Under the pieces are notes generated by a model that worked only from the letters and a program-made list of their open reading frames with translations, made no database searches and had not been told where the DNA came from. Positions 22,330-31,422 of a DNA stretch of 59,055 bases are shown here, in pieces. The first letter of the stretch is position 1. Every line of letters begins with the position of its first letter. Origin of the DNA: an uncultured Terricaulis sp. (GTDB taxonomy: Bacteria > Pseudomonadota > Alphaproteobacteria > Caulobacterales > Aquidulcibacteraceae); contig CAZWQS010000001.1 of assembly GCA_964635925.1 (NCBI GenBank), positions 1 to 59,055 on the forward strand, in the 5' to 3' direction. Made by a program: the position numbers and the translations under genes.

Positions 22330-23459
22330 GCGCGCGCCTCGCTTTTGCTGGCGGAAAGCGCCCAATATTTGGCCTTGCCGCTGGGCGTCGCCGTCAGTTC
22401 CTCACGCACGGTGTTGTGTGAAAAGCCAGCGTCGCGTGCGGCTTGCGGCACATCCATGTCGAACAGGAAGGCGCCCCAGAATGGTTCGTTGTTGTTGAAC
22501 GTGTCCCAGTCGGCGATGAATTGATCGAACGGGGTGGTGCAGGTGAGGCGGCGGGAAACGTCCAGGTGCAGCGTCTTGCCGCCCGGCGCCAGCAGCCGGC
22601 TGGTTTCCTTGAAAATCTTCTGCACCGCTTCGCGCGAGGTTTCGTGAAACAGAATGTGGCTCACGATCAGATCGAAATGACCATCGGGAAAATTGGTCGC
22701 TTCCGCGTTCTGTTGTGAGAAATGCACGCGCCGGCCCAGCGCCTCGGCGCGGCCATGCGCGTAGCGCAGCGCCGGTGCGGAAAGGTCGATCGCGTAAACC
22801 TCAGCGTCGGGGAAGGCGTCGGCGTATGGCAACGTGTTCATGCCCGCGGTGCAGCCCAGATCGAGGATTCGGCGGGGTTTGAGCTCGGGCCAATGGGTCT
22901 GGACGTACTTCACGCCCGTCTGACCACGCGTGTCGTTCAAAGCGCCGCGTTGGCCACGCCCGAAAATGAACGACCCGATGTCGTAGCGCGCGCCGACATA
23001 AATATCGTCGTCACCGCCCTCGTAGAAATAGCCGCCCGGCACACAATGGATATCCACCGCGGCGATGTAGCGCGGCGGATCGATATCGGGGTTCAGCGTC
23101 AGCGTGCCGTGCTGTGGCGCGGCAGACAGACGCCGGTAAGCATCCTTCAAGCGCGGCATTTGCCGCTGCACGCACTCCACCGTGGAGCTGACGTAATTGT
23201 CTTGCTGGATCCGGCTCAGCGCGCTCCAGAGCTGGTAACTTGGCTCCTTCAGCATCGCCTCGGCCACATCGTGGCGGTCGCGCACCGAACGGCCGGTTTT
23301 GGTCTCCAGCGCCGGCTTGGCCTGGGTTTCGTAGCTGGCGCGCACGCCTTGGATCATTTCGTCCGCGAGGACGGCCTTCAGGTCGATCAGGAAGGCGTGC
23401 CGGGAGCGCTCGTCGCTGTTTTGGAGGGGTAGAAGGTCATGCGGCGCCATCCCCAGCAT
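22326..23459 (-). CDS. Class I SAM-dependent methyltransferase with a long N-terminal extension
   Basis: RILDLGCTAG, AIDLSAP, QQNAE, FDLIVSHILFHE, LLAPGG; start MLGMAP behind a GGAGA RBS. Confidence 0.88.
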   Translation of the reverse strand: MLGMAPHDLLPLQNSDERSRHAFLIDLKAVLADEMIQGVRASYETQAKPALETKTGRSVRDRHDVAEAMLKEPSYQLWSALSRIQQDNYVSSTVECVQRQMPRLKDAYRRLSAAPQHGTLTLNPDIDPPRYIAAVDIHCVPGGYFYEGGDDDIYVGARYDIGSFIFGRGQRGALNDTRGQTGVKYVQTHWPELKPRRILDLGCTAGMNTLPYADAFPDAEVYAIDLSAPALRYAHGRAEALGRRVHFSQQNAEATNFPDGHFDLIVSHILFHETSREAVQKIFKETSRLLAPGGKTLHLDVSRRLTCTTPFDQFIADWDTFNNNEPFWGAFLFDMDVPQAARDAGFSHNTVREELTATPSGKAKYWALSASKSEARA

Positions 23460-23475
23460 CAGCGAATTCTCCGGT

Positions 23476-23493
23476 TGATATGAAGACATGATA
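23476..23493. promoter_or_regulatory. Putative island operator, site 5 (TGATAT-GAAGAC-ATGATA)
   Basis: Degenerate match (9/12) flanked by GT..AC as in site 4, in a divergent intergenic gap. Confidence 0.5.
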
Positions 23494-23542
23494 ACAGTAT
23501 CCCTTAGGGCCTGCAAGGCAGGTTTGAGAGAGGCAGGGCGGC

Positions 23543-24472
23543 ATGGCGGGCGGCGGGGATAAAATCGAGCTTCAAGCGGATCGCGCGGCCCCCGTGGCCG
23601 CCGGGGATATTTTCGTCATCGGCAACGATACCATCCAGCCCGCAGATATGCGCGCGGGCCTGCGCGGGCACGGCCGCGTCCTGCATTGCGACGCCGATCT
23701 CAAGGTCAAGGCCGCGCTGCGCACCAACGATCTGGGGCTTCTGATCGGCCTCGCCATTTCCCCGCGCGGGGAGCTGTTTGTCTCCTGCCCGCAGAATTCG
23801 TCGCTGGGGGCGTTCGAGACGGCGGGTCAGCCTGTGGCGGTCAAGTTCCCGCCCCGCCGCCGCTACGGCAATTTCGGATTTGACCGGCAGGGCCGCGCGC
23901 TGCTGGGCGTGCATTCGGCGCATGGCGAACAGTTCGCGCCCGATGGCTATGGTGACGGCAAGCTTGTTCGGTTCGATCCCCAAAGCGGGGCGTTTGAATT
24001 CTTCGATGTCGAGATCGACGGCGGCCGCGGCGGCAAACATTATGTCAGCAATTTCGCGCTCGCGCCTGACGGCGAGACGGTGTTCTACGTCTCCGAGGCC
24101 GGCCGCCGGGTGTTGCGCTACCATTTGGGCGAACGTCGGCAATTGCCGGATTTTCTCTACATTCCCGAAGATGAGGGCGGCACCTATGGGCTCGGCGTCG
24201 CCAGCGATGGGCGTGTTATTATCGCCAAGGGCATTAGCGCAGCGCTCTATACGCCCGACGCAAAGCTAATCCGCAACTACGACGTCAGCAGCGAGAAGGG
24301 TTGGACGCGCGCGCAATTCCGCCGCGACGAAAGCCAATTCTTCATCAGCAATTTCCTCGACGGCGTGCTTGAAGTGCGCGCGGTCGAGACTGGCGCGTTG
24401 CTCTCACGGCTGGATATCGGGCTCAAAGGCGCGCTCACCAGCGTGGCCGAGTATCCACTGGGGCTTGGCTGA
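23543..24472 (+). CDS. Beta-propeller protein (SMP-30/YncE-like), function unknown
   Basis: Repeated blade-like motifs GLAISPRGELFV, FGFDRQGRALL, FALAPDGETVFYV, GLGVASDGRVII; no clear signal peptide. Confidence 0.7.
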   Translation: MAGGGDKIELQADRAAPVAAGDIFVIGNDTIQPADMRAGLRGHGRVLHCDADLKVKAALRTNDLGLLIGLAISPRGELFVSCPQNSSLGAFETAGQPVAVKFPPRRRYGNFGFDRQGRALLGVHSAHGEQFAPDGYGDGKLVRFDPQSGAFEFFDVEIDGGRGGKHYVSNFALAPDGETVFYVSEAGRRVLRYHLGERRQLPDFLYIPEDEGGTYGLGVASDGRVIIAKGISAALYTPDAKLIRNYDVSSEKGWTRAQFRRDESQFFISNFLDGVLEVRAVETGALLSRLDIGLKGALTSVAEYPLGLG

Positions 24473-25923
24473 TGAGCCGGCGCCTCGATGTTCGCAACCC
24501 GCGAACGGGCCTCAACGATTATCAGATCAACGCGCTGGACGGCGATGAGGTCGCTTCCATCGCGCGGCGATTGCGTCAAGGCCAGCGTCGCTGGCGCGAG
24601 GGCGGGCTTGAGTATCGCACCGCTATCCTGCGCCGCTGGGCCGACGCGGCGGATACGCGCGCGGATGCGATCGCGGACGCGCTGATCCTCGACACGGGGC
24701 GCGCCACGCTGTCGCGCAGCGAGGCGCACGGCGTGGGCGCCAAAGTGCGCCGCTGGTGCAATGACGCGCCGGCGCTGATGGAGACGCGCGAAAGCGTCTC
24801 CAAGATTGCGCCCGACGTCGCGTTTCGCCAGCAGCTTGTGCCGTTTGATCTCGTGGGCGTCATCAGCCCGTGGAATTTCCCGCTGAGCCTTGCCCTGATC
24901 GATGCCTTGCCCGCTCTCGTGGCCGGCTGCGCGGTAATGATCAAGCCAAGTGAAATCACGCCGCGCTTCATCGCGCCGCTGGCGGAGTCGATCGCCGCCG
25001 TTCCCGAGCTCGCGGAGGTCCTTGCGCTCATTCCGGGTGATGGCGCGAGCGGGGCGGCGGTGATCGCCGAGGCTGACATGGTGTGTTTCACCGGCAGCGT
25101 GCCGACGGGGCGGAAAGTGGCGGAAGCCGCGGCCAAGCGCTTCATCCCGGCCTTTCTCGAACTTGGCGGCAAGGATCCCGCGATCGTGCTGAGCGGCGCC
25201 GATCTTGAGCGCGCCGCCGATGCGGTGTTGCGTCAGGGTTTGGTGAATTCTGGCCAAGTCTGCCTGTCGCTCGAGCGGGTCTATGCGCAGGAAGACATTT
25301 TCGAGGCGTTCGTCGAGATCCTGGTCGAGAAGGCGCGCGCGATTTCGCCAAACACGGACTCGCTTGAGGCCGGCCATCTTGGCCCGATCATTTCAGCCGC
25401 GCAGGCAAACATTATCGACGGGCAGTTGCGCGACGCGATCGCCAAGGGTGCGGTGGTGCGACTGGGCGGGGAGATCATCCGGCGCGGCGGCAATTGGCTG
25501 GCGCCGACGATCCTCACCAATGTCGATCACAGCATGCAGATCATGCGCGAAGAAACCTTCGGTCCGATTATTCCAGTGGCGCCGTTCAAGGACGTTGGCG
25601 AGGCGATCGCGCTCGCCAACGATACTGAGTTCGGTCTTTCGGCCGCGGTGTTCGCCAAGGATGCCGCCGCGGCGCTTGAAGTGGCTGCGCAGATCGATGC
25701 GGGCGGTGTCAGCATCAACGACGCAGGTCTGCAATCGATGACGACAGAAGCGGAAAAGACCAGCTTTAAATATTCCGGCCTTGGCGGCTCGCGCATGGGC
25801 GGCGCGGGGCTGATGCGGTTTTTCCGCAAGAAGGCGCTGATGATTCAAAATGGCGCGCCGCGCACGATGAACGCGTTTGCCGAACGCGCGGCGGCGCCGA
25901 AAGCGGGGGCAAGCAACGCATGA
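24472..25923 (+). CDS. Aldehyde dehydrogenase
   Basis: SPWNFP, KPSE, FTGS, LELGGKD, NSGQVC, EETFGP. Confidence 0.92.
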   Translation: MSRRLDVRNPRTGLNDYQINALDGDEVASIARRLRQGQRRWREGGLEYRTAILRRWADAADTRADAIADALILDTGRATLSRSEAHGVGAKVRRWCNDAPALMETRESVSKIAPDVAFRQQLVPFDLVGVISPWNFPLSLALIDALPALVAGCAVMIKPSEITPRFIAPLAESIAAVPELAEVLALIPGDGASGAAVIAEADMVCFTGSVPTGRKVAEAAAKRFIPAFLELGGKDPAIVLSGADLERAADAVLRQGLVNSGQVCLSLERVYAQEDIFEAFVEILVEKARAISPNTDSLEAGHLGPIISAAQANIIDGQLRDAIAKGAVVRLGGEIIRRGGNWLAPTILTNVDHSMQIMREETFGPIIPVAPFKDVGEAIALANDTEFGLSAAVFAKDAAAALEVAAQIDAGGVSINDAGLQSMTTEAEKTSFKYSGLGGSRMGGAGLMRFFRKKALMIQNGAPRTMNAFAERAAAPKAGASNA

Positions 25924-27323
25924 CGGCACTCTACGACGCAATTGTGATCGGCGCTGGCGCCGCTGGGCTGACGACGGCGATCGCCGCTGCTGATCGCGGC
26001 GCCAAAGTCGCGCTGCTGGAAGCGGCGCCGCAGGTTGGCGGCGCCATGCTGATCAATCGCGGCCAACTGAGCGGCGCGGGCACGAAGCTGCAAGCCGAGC
26101 GCGGCATCGCCGATACGCCTCAACGCCATTTCGATGACGCGATCCGCATCAGCCGCGGGACCGCGGCGCGCGATTTTCTCGCGCTCGCGGTGGAGCTGCA
26201 GGGCCCGTTCATCGATTGGCTGATGGACAACGGATTTGAGATGGGCGCGAACATGCCGCGCATCATCCACGGCCACGAAGCCTATGACGAAGCGCGTACC
26301 TATTGGGGGCGCGAAGATGGGCTTTCGATCCTCAAAGTGTTGCGTCCGATGCTGGAGGCGCATGTTGCGGCGGGGCGCGTGGATGTGTTCACGGAGACGC
26401 CGGCGCAAACGCTGTTGCGTGACGCGAGCGGCGCTGTCACCGGCGTGCGCGCCGAGGACGGGCGCACCTTTGCCGGACGCAAAGTGGTGATCGCCTCAGG
26501 CGGCTACGCGGCAAACCCGGCCTTGTTCGCGCGCCTGCACGAGGGCGCGACGCTGTGGTCGGGTTCGTACAAATATTCGACTGGGCGTGGCGTCGAGATG
26601 GGCGAGGAGGCTGGTGGCGCGATCATCCTGAAGGAAACTTTCCTGCCGAATTTTGGCGGTTTCCTCGATCACACGCTGGAACAGCCGCGCTATCGCGCGC
26701 CCGGCGGCTTGACCCCGCAAGATCGCCCGCCCTGGGAAATCGTGGTCAATCGCGAAGGCGTGCGCTTCTATCGGGAGGATAACGAAAGCGTCGATGAGCG
26801 CACTGAGCTGCTGATCGCGCAGACTGAATCGCTGGGCTTTGTGATTTATGATGAGGCCATCCGCCGCGAGGCGCCGAGCATCTTCTCGTATTTCCCCGAT
26901 AAGGACGATCGTTTCTACGAACCAGAAGGCGTGATCGAATCCGCCGCCAGCCTCGTCGCGCTCGCGGAAAAGTGCGGGATCGACGCGAAGAATTTGCAGG
27001 CTACGGTGGCGCGCTACAATGAAGCGGTGGCTGCTGGCGTTGATGCGGAGTTTGGCCGCGCGCACATGCCGCGTCAGATCGCGCAGGCGCCATTCTATGC
27101 GCTGCCGATCGTTTCCTACACCGTGCGCGGTTATGCGGGGCTCAAGGTCGATCTCGATTTCCGCGTGCTGACCCAAGCGGGCCAGCCGGTGGAGGGGCTT
27201 TACGCCGTCGGCGAGGCGCTGGGCAGTTTGCTGTCGGGCAAAGGCAGCGTGGGCGGCATGAGTTTAACGCCAGCGCTGGCGTTCGGCCGCTATTTGGGCG
27301 AGCGCTTGCCGATCGGCGTTTAG
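25920..27323 (+). CDS. FAD-dependent oxidoreductase (fumarate reductase flavoprotein / ketosteroid dehydrogenase family)
   Basis: IGAGAAG, VVIASGGYAAN, VNREGVRF..E, PFYA, GLYAVGE, FGRYLG. Confidence 0.85.
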   Translation: MTALYDAIVIGAGAAGLTTAIAAADRGAKVALLEAAPQVGGAMLINRGQLSGAGTKLQAERGIADTPQRHFDDAIRISRGTAARDFLALAVELQGPFIDWLMDNGFEMGANMPRIIHGHEAYDEARTYWGREDGLSILKVLRPMLEAHVAAGRVDVFTETPAQTLLRDASGAVTGVRAEDGRTFAGRKVVIASGGYAANPALFARLHEGATLWSGSYKYSTGRGVEMGEEAGGAIILKETFLPNFGGFLDHTLEQPRYRAPGGLTPQDRPPWEIVVNREGVRFYREDNESVDERTELLIAQTESLGFVIYDEAIRREAPSIFSYFPDKDDRFYEPEGVIESAASLVALAEKCGIDAKNLQATVARYNEAVAAGVDAEFGRAHMPRQIAQAPFYALPIVSYTVRGYAGLKVDLDFRVLTQAGQPVEGLYAVGEALGSLLSGKGSVGGMSLTPALAFGRYLGERLPIGV

Positions 27324-27345
27324 GGGCGCCGCCGGGGGCGACCAC

Positions 27346-27380
27346 AAAGAGCCTCGATCCGCTGGGATCGAGGCTCTTTT
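27346..27380. terminator. Probably bidirectional intrinsic terminator
   Basis: AAAGAGCCTCGATCC-gctg-GGATCGAGGCTCTTT(T), a perfect 15-bp stem between convergent genes. Confidence 0.85.
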
Positions 27381-27398
27381 CGTTCTAATGACTCAGCT

Positions 27399-28424
27399 CT
27401 AAGCGGCGCGCGGCGCGTCGTCGACGCCAAGTTCGGCGCGGCCAAAAGCGGCCAGGCTATTATCCCAGTTGAAAGAAGCGGCGCTCGCGAAAGTGCGCAG
27501 ATCGCGGAATTGGCGCTGCACCGGATTGGTTTCACTGAGCCCCATCGCGCCCATTTGCGAGAGGAGGCGGTTGGCCGCTTCAATCGCTTTACGCACGATA
27601 TAAGCCTGATCGCGCAGCGCTTCAGCATCCGCTTGGCCCGCATCAGCGCGCGCGGTCAGATCGGCGTAGAGCGCGCGGCAAGCTTTGAGGTCGGCGTGGC
27701 TTTCCGCCAAGCGCGCTTGCACTTGGGTGAAGCGCGCCACCGCATGGCCGCCAACGCCGCTGACGCGCGCTTTGGTCGAGGTGGTGTAGAGTGTGTAAAC
27801 GCCCTCGGCGCCGCCCAAAACAGCGCCGATCAACGGATCGACGCGTGCGCCGCCGTCCAGCGCGGGACCGATGCGGTGCGCCGGCGCGACGAGGCTGTGC
27901 GCTTCCGCTTTGCGCCATTTCACGCCGCGCACGCCGCCGAAATACAGATAATCCGCCGTTTGCAGCTCCTTGGCCGCCACGATCACGCTCACCAGCGCAT
28001 CGCCGTCCCGCACGCCGTCCAGCACGACCCAATCGGCGTGATCCAGCCCGCCAACCGCGGGCCATACGCCGTCAACTTTGATGACGCCGCCCGCGCGCGT
28101 CAGCGTCGCGTTTTGGGGCGTTGCGGCGATGGCGCAGAATGCCTCGCCAGCGCCGATATCGGCGAGCGCCTGTGCGCTGATGTGCGCGGCGTGGCCGGCC
28201 CCGCGCGCGCCAGTGGCGGCGAGCCAGGCGCTTGCGCCGCATGCTTGGGCGAGCGCCCGCAGGCTTTCAGCGCGCGTGGAAAACGGTGCGTTTTGCAGGC
28301 CGAGTTTGAACAAGCCGGCCCTGCCGAGTTGCGCGACTTGATCGACCGAGATTCCCGATTCATCGGTTTTCGCGGCGTTCTTCGCGAACTCGCCGGCGAG
28401 GGCGGCGACAGCGGTGTTCGTCAT
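27399..28424 (-). CDS. Short, divergent acyl-CoA-dehydrogenase-fold (group D) flavin monooxygenase-like protein
   Basis: LAQACGASAW, DGVWPAVGGLDHADWV, VQARLAE, NPVQRQFRD; only 341 aa. Confidence 0.75.
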   Translation of the reverse strand: MTNTAVAALAGEFAKNAAKTDESGISVDQVAQLGRAGLFKLGLQNAPFSTRAESLRALAQACGASAWLAATGARGAGHAAHISAQALADIGAGEAFCAIAATPQNATLTRAGGVIKVDGVWPAVGGLDHADWVVLDGVRDGDALVSVIVAAKELQTADYLYFGGVRGVKWRKAEAHSLVAPAHRIGPALDGGARVDPLIGAVLGGAEGVYTLYTTSTKARVSGVGGHAVARFTQVQARLAESHADLKACRALYADLTARADAGQADAEALRDQAYIVRKAIEAANRLLSQMGAMGLSETNPVQRQFRDLRTFASAASFNWDNSLAAFGRAELGVDDAPRAA

Positions 28425-28442
28425 AAACGGATGCTCTCTGAA

Positions 28443-29633
28443 TCAATCGGCGTTGAGATCGGGGATGTCGGTGGGAAGATCGAACATCGCCTTCGCGCCG
28501 TTGATCATGTTGCGGTCCCAGTTCACGCCGATCTGCTGCACCATGCCCAGTAGATCGCGATAATAGCGTTGAATAGGCGCATCTTGCGCGAGGCTGGCGG
28601 CGTCGAGGCTGTTGGCGAGACGCGCCGCCCCGTTGACGCACAGCCGCGCGGCGTACGTGCGCTCCAGCACATTGGCGATCCGTATCGATTTCGGCACATG
28701 CGCGCCGCTGCGCGCGGCCTCGAGCTGGCGTTCAATAAGGCCGTCGGCCAGACGCCCGGCGGAGCCAATTTCCGCCGCCGCCTCTGCGATTCGCAGCAGG
28801 GCTTGGGGATCTTCCTTGTCTTGGCCGGTCGCGCCTTCGCGCATGAGCGCATGAAAGGCGTTCAGCACGGCTTCTGCCCCGCCGACGATCGGTCCCAGCA
28901 GCGCGCTGCCGGCGAACAAACGAAAACTCGCCGAGGATACGATGCTTGCGTTCGCCGCAGCGCCCGGCGGGTTGGGGGCCATCATCTGCGTCATCGAAAT
29001 CACGCGATAGGTCGGCACAAATGCATCTTTGATCGCCGCGCTTTTGGACCCGGTGCCGCTCATCCCGCTTACGCGCCAATCATCCTCGATGGCGATATCT
29101 TCGCGCGGCACGAGGAAATAGCTCTGCCGGTGATCGTTGGTGATCGAGGCGCGCATCAACACCCAATCGGCGTGATCGACACCGCTCGAAAAGCTCCAGC
29201 GCCCGTTCAGGCGGTAGCCTCCATCGACGGCGGCGACGGAGACGTTTCGCATCACCGAGCCGGTCGAGATCAGCGTATCGCTCTTGTTTTTCCAGACATC
29301 ATCCTGCGCTTGTGGATTCATGCGTGCGACATAAGCGCTATGCGAGCCGACAACGCAGGCGATCCAAGCCGTCGAGGCGCAATAGCGCGCCAATGTACGC
29401 CCAACTTGAATCTGCACGCCCCAATCCATCTCGTAGCCGCCATAGCGGCGGGGCACGAAATAACGCAGCAGGCCCGCTGCGTGCAGATCGTTCATGGTTT
29501 CGCGCGGGAGCGCGCGGTTCGCTTCCGTATGAGCCGCGCGCTCGCTAAGCTTTGGGCCGAGCGCGTCCGCTGCGGCGACCAGGTCGGCGGGCGAGGGCTC
29601 CAAACTGCCCCGCGATGTTGCCAGGATGGACAA
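28443..29633 (-). CDS. Acyl-CoA-dehydrogenase-fold two-component flavin hydroxylase (HsaA/IacA-like)
   Basis: VPRRYGG, CASTAW, GRWSFSSGVDHADW, DDWRVSGMSGTGS, IQRYYRD; probable TTG start at 29633 behind GGGGGAG. Confidence 0.88.
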   Translation of the reverse strand: MSILATSRGSLEPSPADLVAAADALGPKLSERAAHTEANRALPRETMNDLHAAGLLRYFVPRRYGGYEMDWGVQIQVGRTLARYCASTAWIACVVGSHSAYVARMNPQAQDDVWKNKSDTLISTGSVMRNVSVAAVDGGYRLNGRWSFSSGVDHADWVLMRASITNDHRQSYFLVPREDIAIEDDWRVSGMSGTGSKSAAIKDAFVPTYRVISMTQMMAPNPPGAAANASIVSSASFRLFAGSALLGPIVGGAEAVLNAFHALMREGATGQDKEDPQALLRIAEAAAEIGSAGRLADGLIERQLEAARSGAHVPKSIRIANVLERTYAARLCVNGAARLANSLDAASLAQDAPIQRYYRDLLGMVQQIGVNWDRNMINGAKAMFDLPTDIPDLNAD

Positions 29634-29685
29634 AGGCTCGAAACTCCCCCGCGACGCCCGCGCCGCATGATTTTTGGACTTGAGA

Positions 29686-29713
29686 TGTCCTAATAGCATA
29701 ATATCATGACGAC
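29686..29713. promoter_or_regulatory. Putative island operator, site 6 (overlapping TGTCCT-N6-ATAATA and TAGCAT-N6-ATGACG)
   Basis: Minus strand reads ATGATATT ATGCTATT AGGACATC (8-bp period) in the divergent gap between the hydroxylase and the solute-binding protein. Confidence 0.55.
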
Positions 29714-29790
29714 GGGAAGTATGGATTGAGCCAGGATGTGAAATCCTTTAGGTTTCCATCCGCACAGCGCCGCGCTGGAGAGAGAATTTC

Positions 29791-31404
29791 ATGGAAAAAA
29801 TGGGCATTCCGCGCCGTCGTATCGCACAATGGGCGCTTGGCGGCGCGGCCGTCGCGGCCCTGGCCGCCTGCGGCGGGGGCGGGGCGAAAGGCGAGGCCGG
29901 GGTCCTGCATCGCAGCACCGCAAATGAGCCGCAATCGCTCGATCCGCACTATGTGCCTGGCAACGCCGGCGCGGCGCTGATGTACGATATGTTCGAGGGG
30001 CTGATGGCGTTCGATTCCGATGGCAAGCTCAGCCCCGGCTTGGCGCAATCGTACGACGTTTCGGAAGACGGCCTGCGCTACACCTTCCGCCTGCGCGACA
30101 ATCTGAAATGGTCTGATGGGCGCGATCTGACATCGGAAGATTTCATCTATTCGTTCCGCCGTTCGGCGGACCCGAATGCGGCGACGCGCAGCGGGCGCGT
30201 GCTTGGCGCGGTTCGCAATTTCCGCAGAATTGTGCGTGGTGAAGTGGGCGTCGACGAGCTCGGCGTAAGCGCGCCTGATGCGCAAACAGTCGTGATCGAT
30301 CTTGAATATCCGGCAAGCTATCTGCCCGACGTGCTCGCATCCTTCTCCAGTTCTGTCGTGCCGCGTCACGCCATCGAAGCGCATGCCGAGCGCTGGACGC
30401 GCCCGGAAAACATTGTCGTCAGCGGCGCCTACACGCTCGCGGAATGGGTGCCCAATACACACATCCGGTTGCGCAAGAACACATATTTCCATGACGCCGC
30501 TAACGTGGCGATCGAGGAGGTCGTGTTCTATCCGGTCGAGCGGCCGGCGACGGCGGTGACGCGCTTCCGTGCGGGTGAGCTCGATGTGGCGTTCAACATT
30601 CCGCCAGATCAATTGGATTCGCTGCGCGAGAGCGGTTACGGCGATTCCATCCGCTCATCGCCGACAGTGGGCGTTTTCTATGCGTTGCTGAACAACCGCG
30701 CGGGCCCTACGACTGACGCACGCGTGCGCGAGGCGCTTTCCATCAGCGTCGATCGTGATTTGATCTGCAACACATTGCTGCGCGGGGAGGGCGAGCCCGC
30801 CTATTCCATCGTGCCCGCCGCGATGCCCGACTATCAGGGCGCGAGCATCCCCATGGCGACGCAAAGCATGGACGAGCGCCGCGCGCGTGCGCGCACGCTG
30901 TTGGCCGAAGCCGGTTATTCGGCCGCGAATCCGCTTTCGGTTACCTACAAATTCGGCGGCCAGGAATCCAACCGCCGTGTCGCGGTGGCGCTGCAATCGA
31001 TGTGGCGCGATATTGGCGTGAACGCCGTGCTTGAGAATGTGGGCGGCAACAGCATCGTCGCCGACGCGCGCAACGGCAATTATCAAGCGATGCGCTATCA
31101 ATACTACGCACCCTATCAGGATCCGGTCGCGTTTTTGTTGCTGATGCAGAGCGAAGCCAACATCAATTTCTCGTTCTTCAACGATGCCGGATACGACCGT
31201 GTGCTCGATCGCGCCGACCGCACGACGGACGCGGCGCTGCGCAAGCAGCGGCTGCGTGAGGCCGAGGAAATGGTGATGAGCCAGTTCCCGGTGATCCCGA
31301 TTTATTTTAACCGTCGCAATTATTTGGTCAGCCCACGTGTGCACGGGTGGCGCGAGAATGTGCGCGGCGAACACTTGTCCCGTTATCTCTCGCTGCAAAG
31401 CTGA
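29791..31404 (+). CDS. oppA: OppA-type ABC solute-binding lipoprotein
   Basis: Lipobox LAAC, EPQSLDP, FEGL, YTFRLRDNLKWSDG, VSGAYTL, RVREALS. Confidence 0.9.
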   Translation: MEKMGIPRRRIAQWALGGAAVAALAACGGGGAKGEAGVLHRSTANEPQSLDPHYVPGNAGAALMYDMFEGLMAFDSDGKLSPGLAQSYDVSEDGLRYTFRLRDNLKWSDGRDLTSEDFIYSFRRSADPNAATRSGRVLGAVRNFRRIVRGEVGVDELGVSAPDAQTVVIDLEYPASYLPDVLASFSSSVVPRHAIEAHAERWTRPENIVVSGAYTLAEWVPNTHIRLRKNTYFHDAANVAIEEVVFYPVERPATAVTRFRAGELDVAFNIPPDQLDSLRESGYGDSIRSSPTVGVFYALLNNRAGPTTDARVREALSISVDRDLICNTLLRGEGEPAYSIVPAAMPDYQGASIPMATQSMDERRARARTLLAEAGYSAANPLSVTYKFGGQESNRRVAVALQSMWRDIGVNAVLENVGGNSIVADARNGNYQAMRYQYYAPYQDPVAFLLLMQSEANINFSFFNDAGYDRVLDRADRTTDAALRKQRLREAEEMVMSQFPVIPIYFNRRNYLVSPRVHGWRENVRGEHLSRYLSLQS

Positions 31405-31422
31405 TCAGAATTAGGAGCAATT

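Noticed and set aside
29596-29654. 18/20 direct repeat (GGCTCCAAACTGCCCCGCGA / GGCTCGAAACTCCCCCGCGA) at 39-bp spacing around the hydroxylase start
   Set aside because: Only two copies, not seen elsewhere; most simply a small local duplication rather than an array or element
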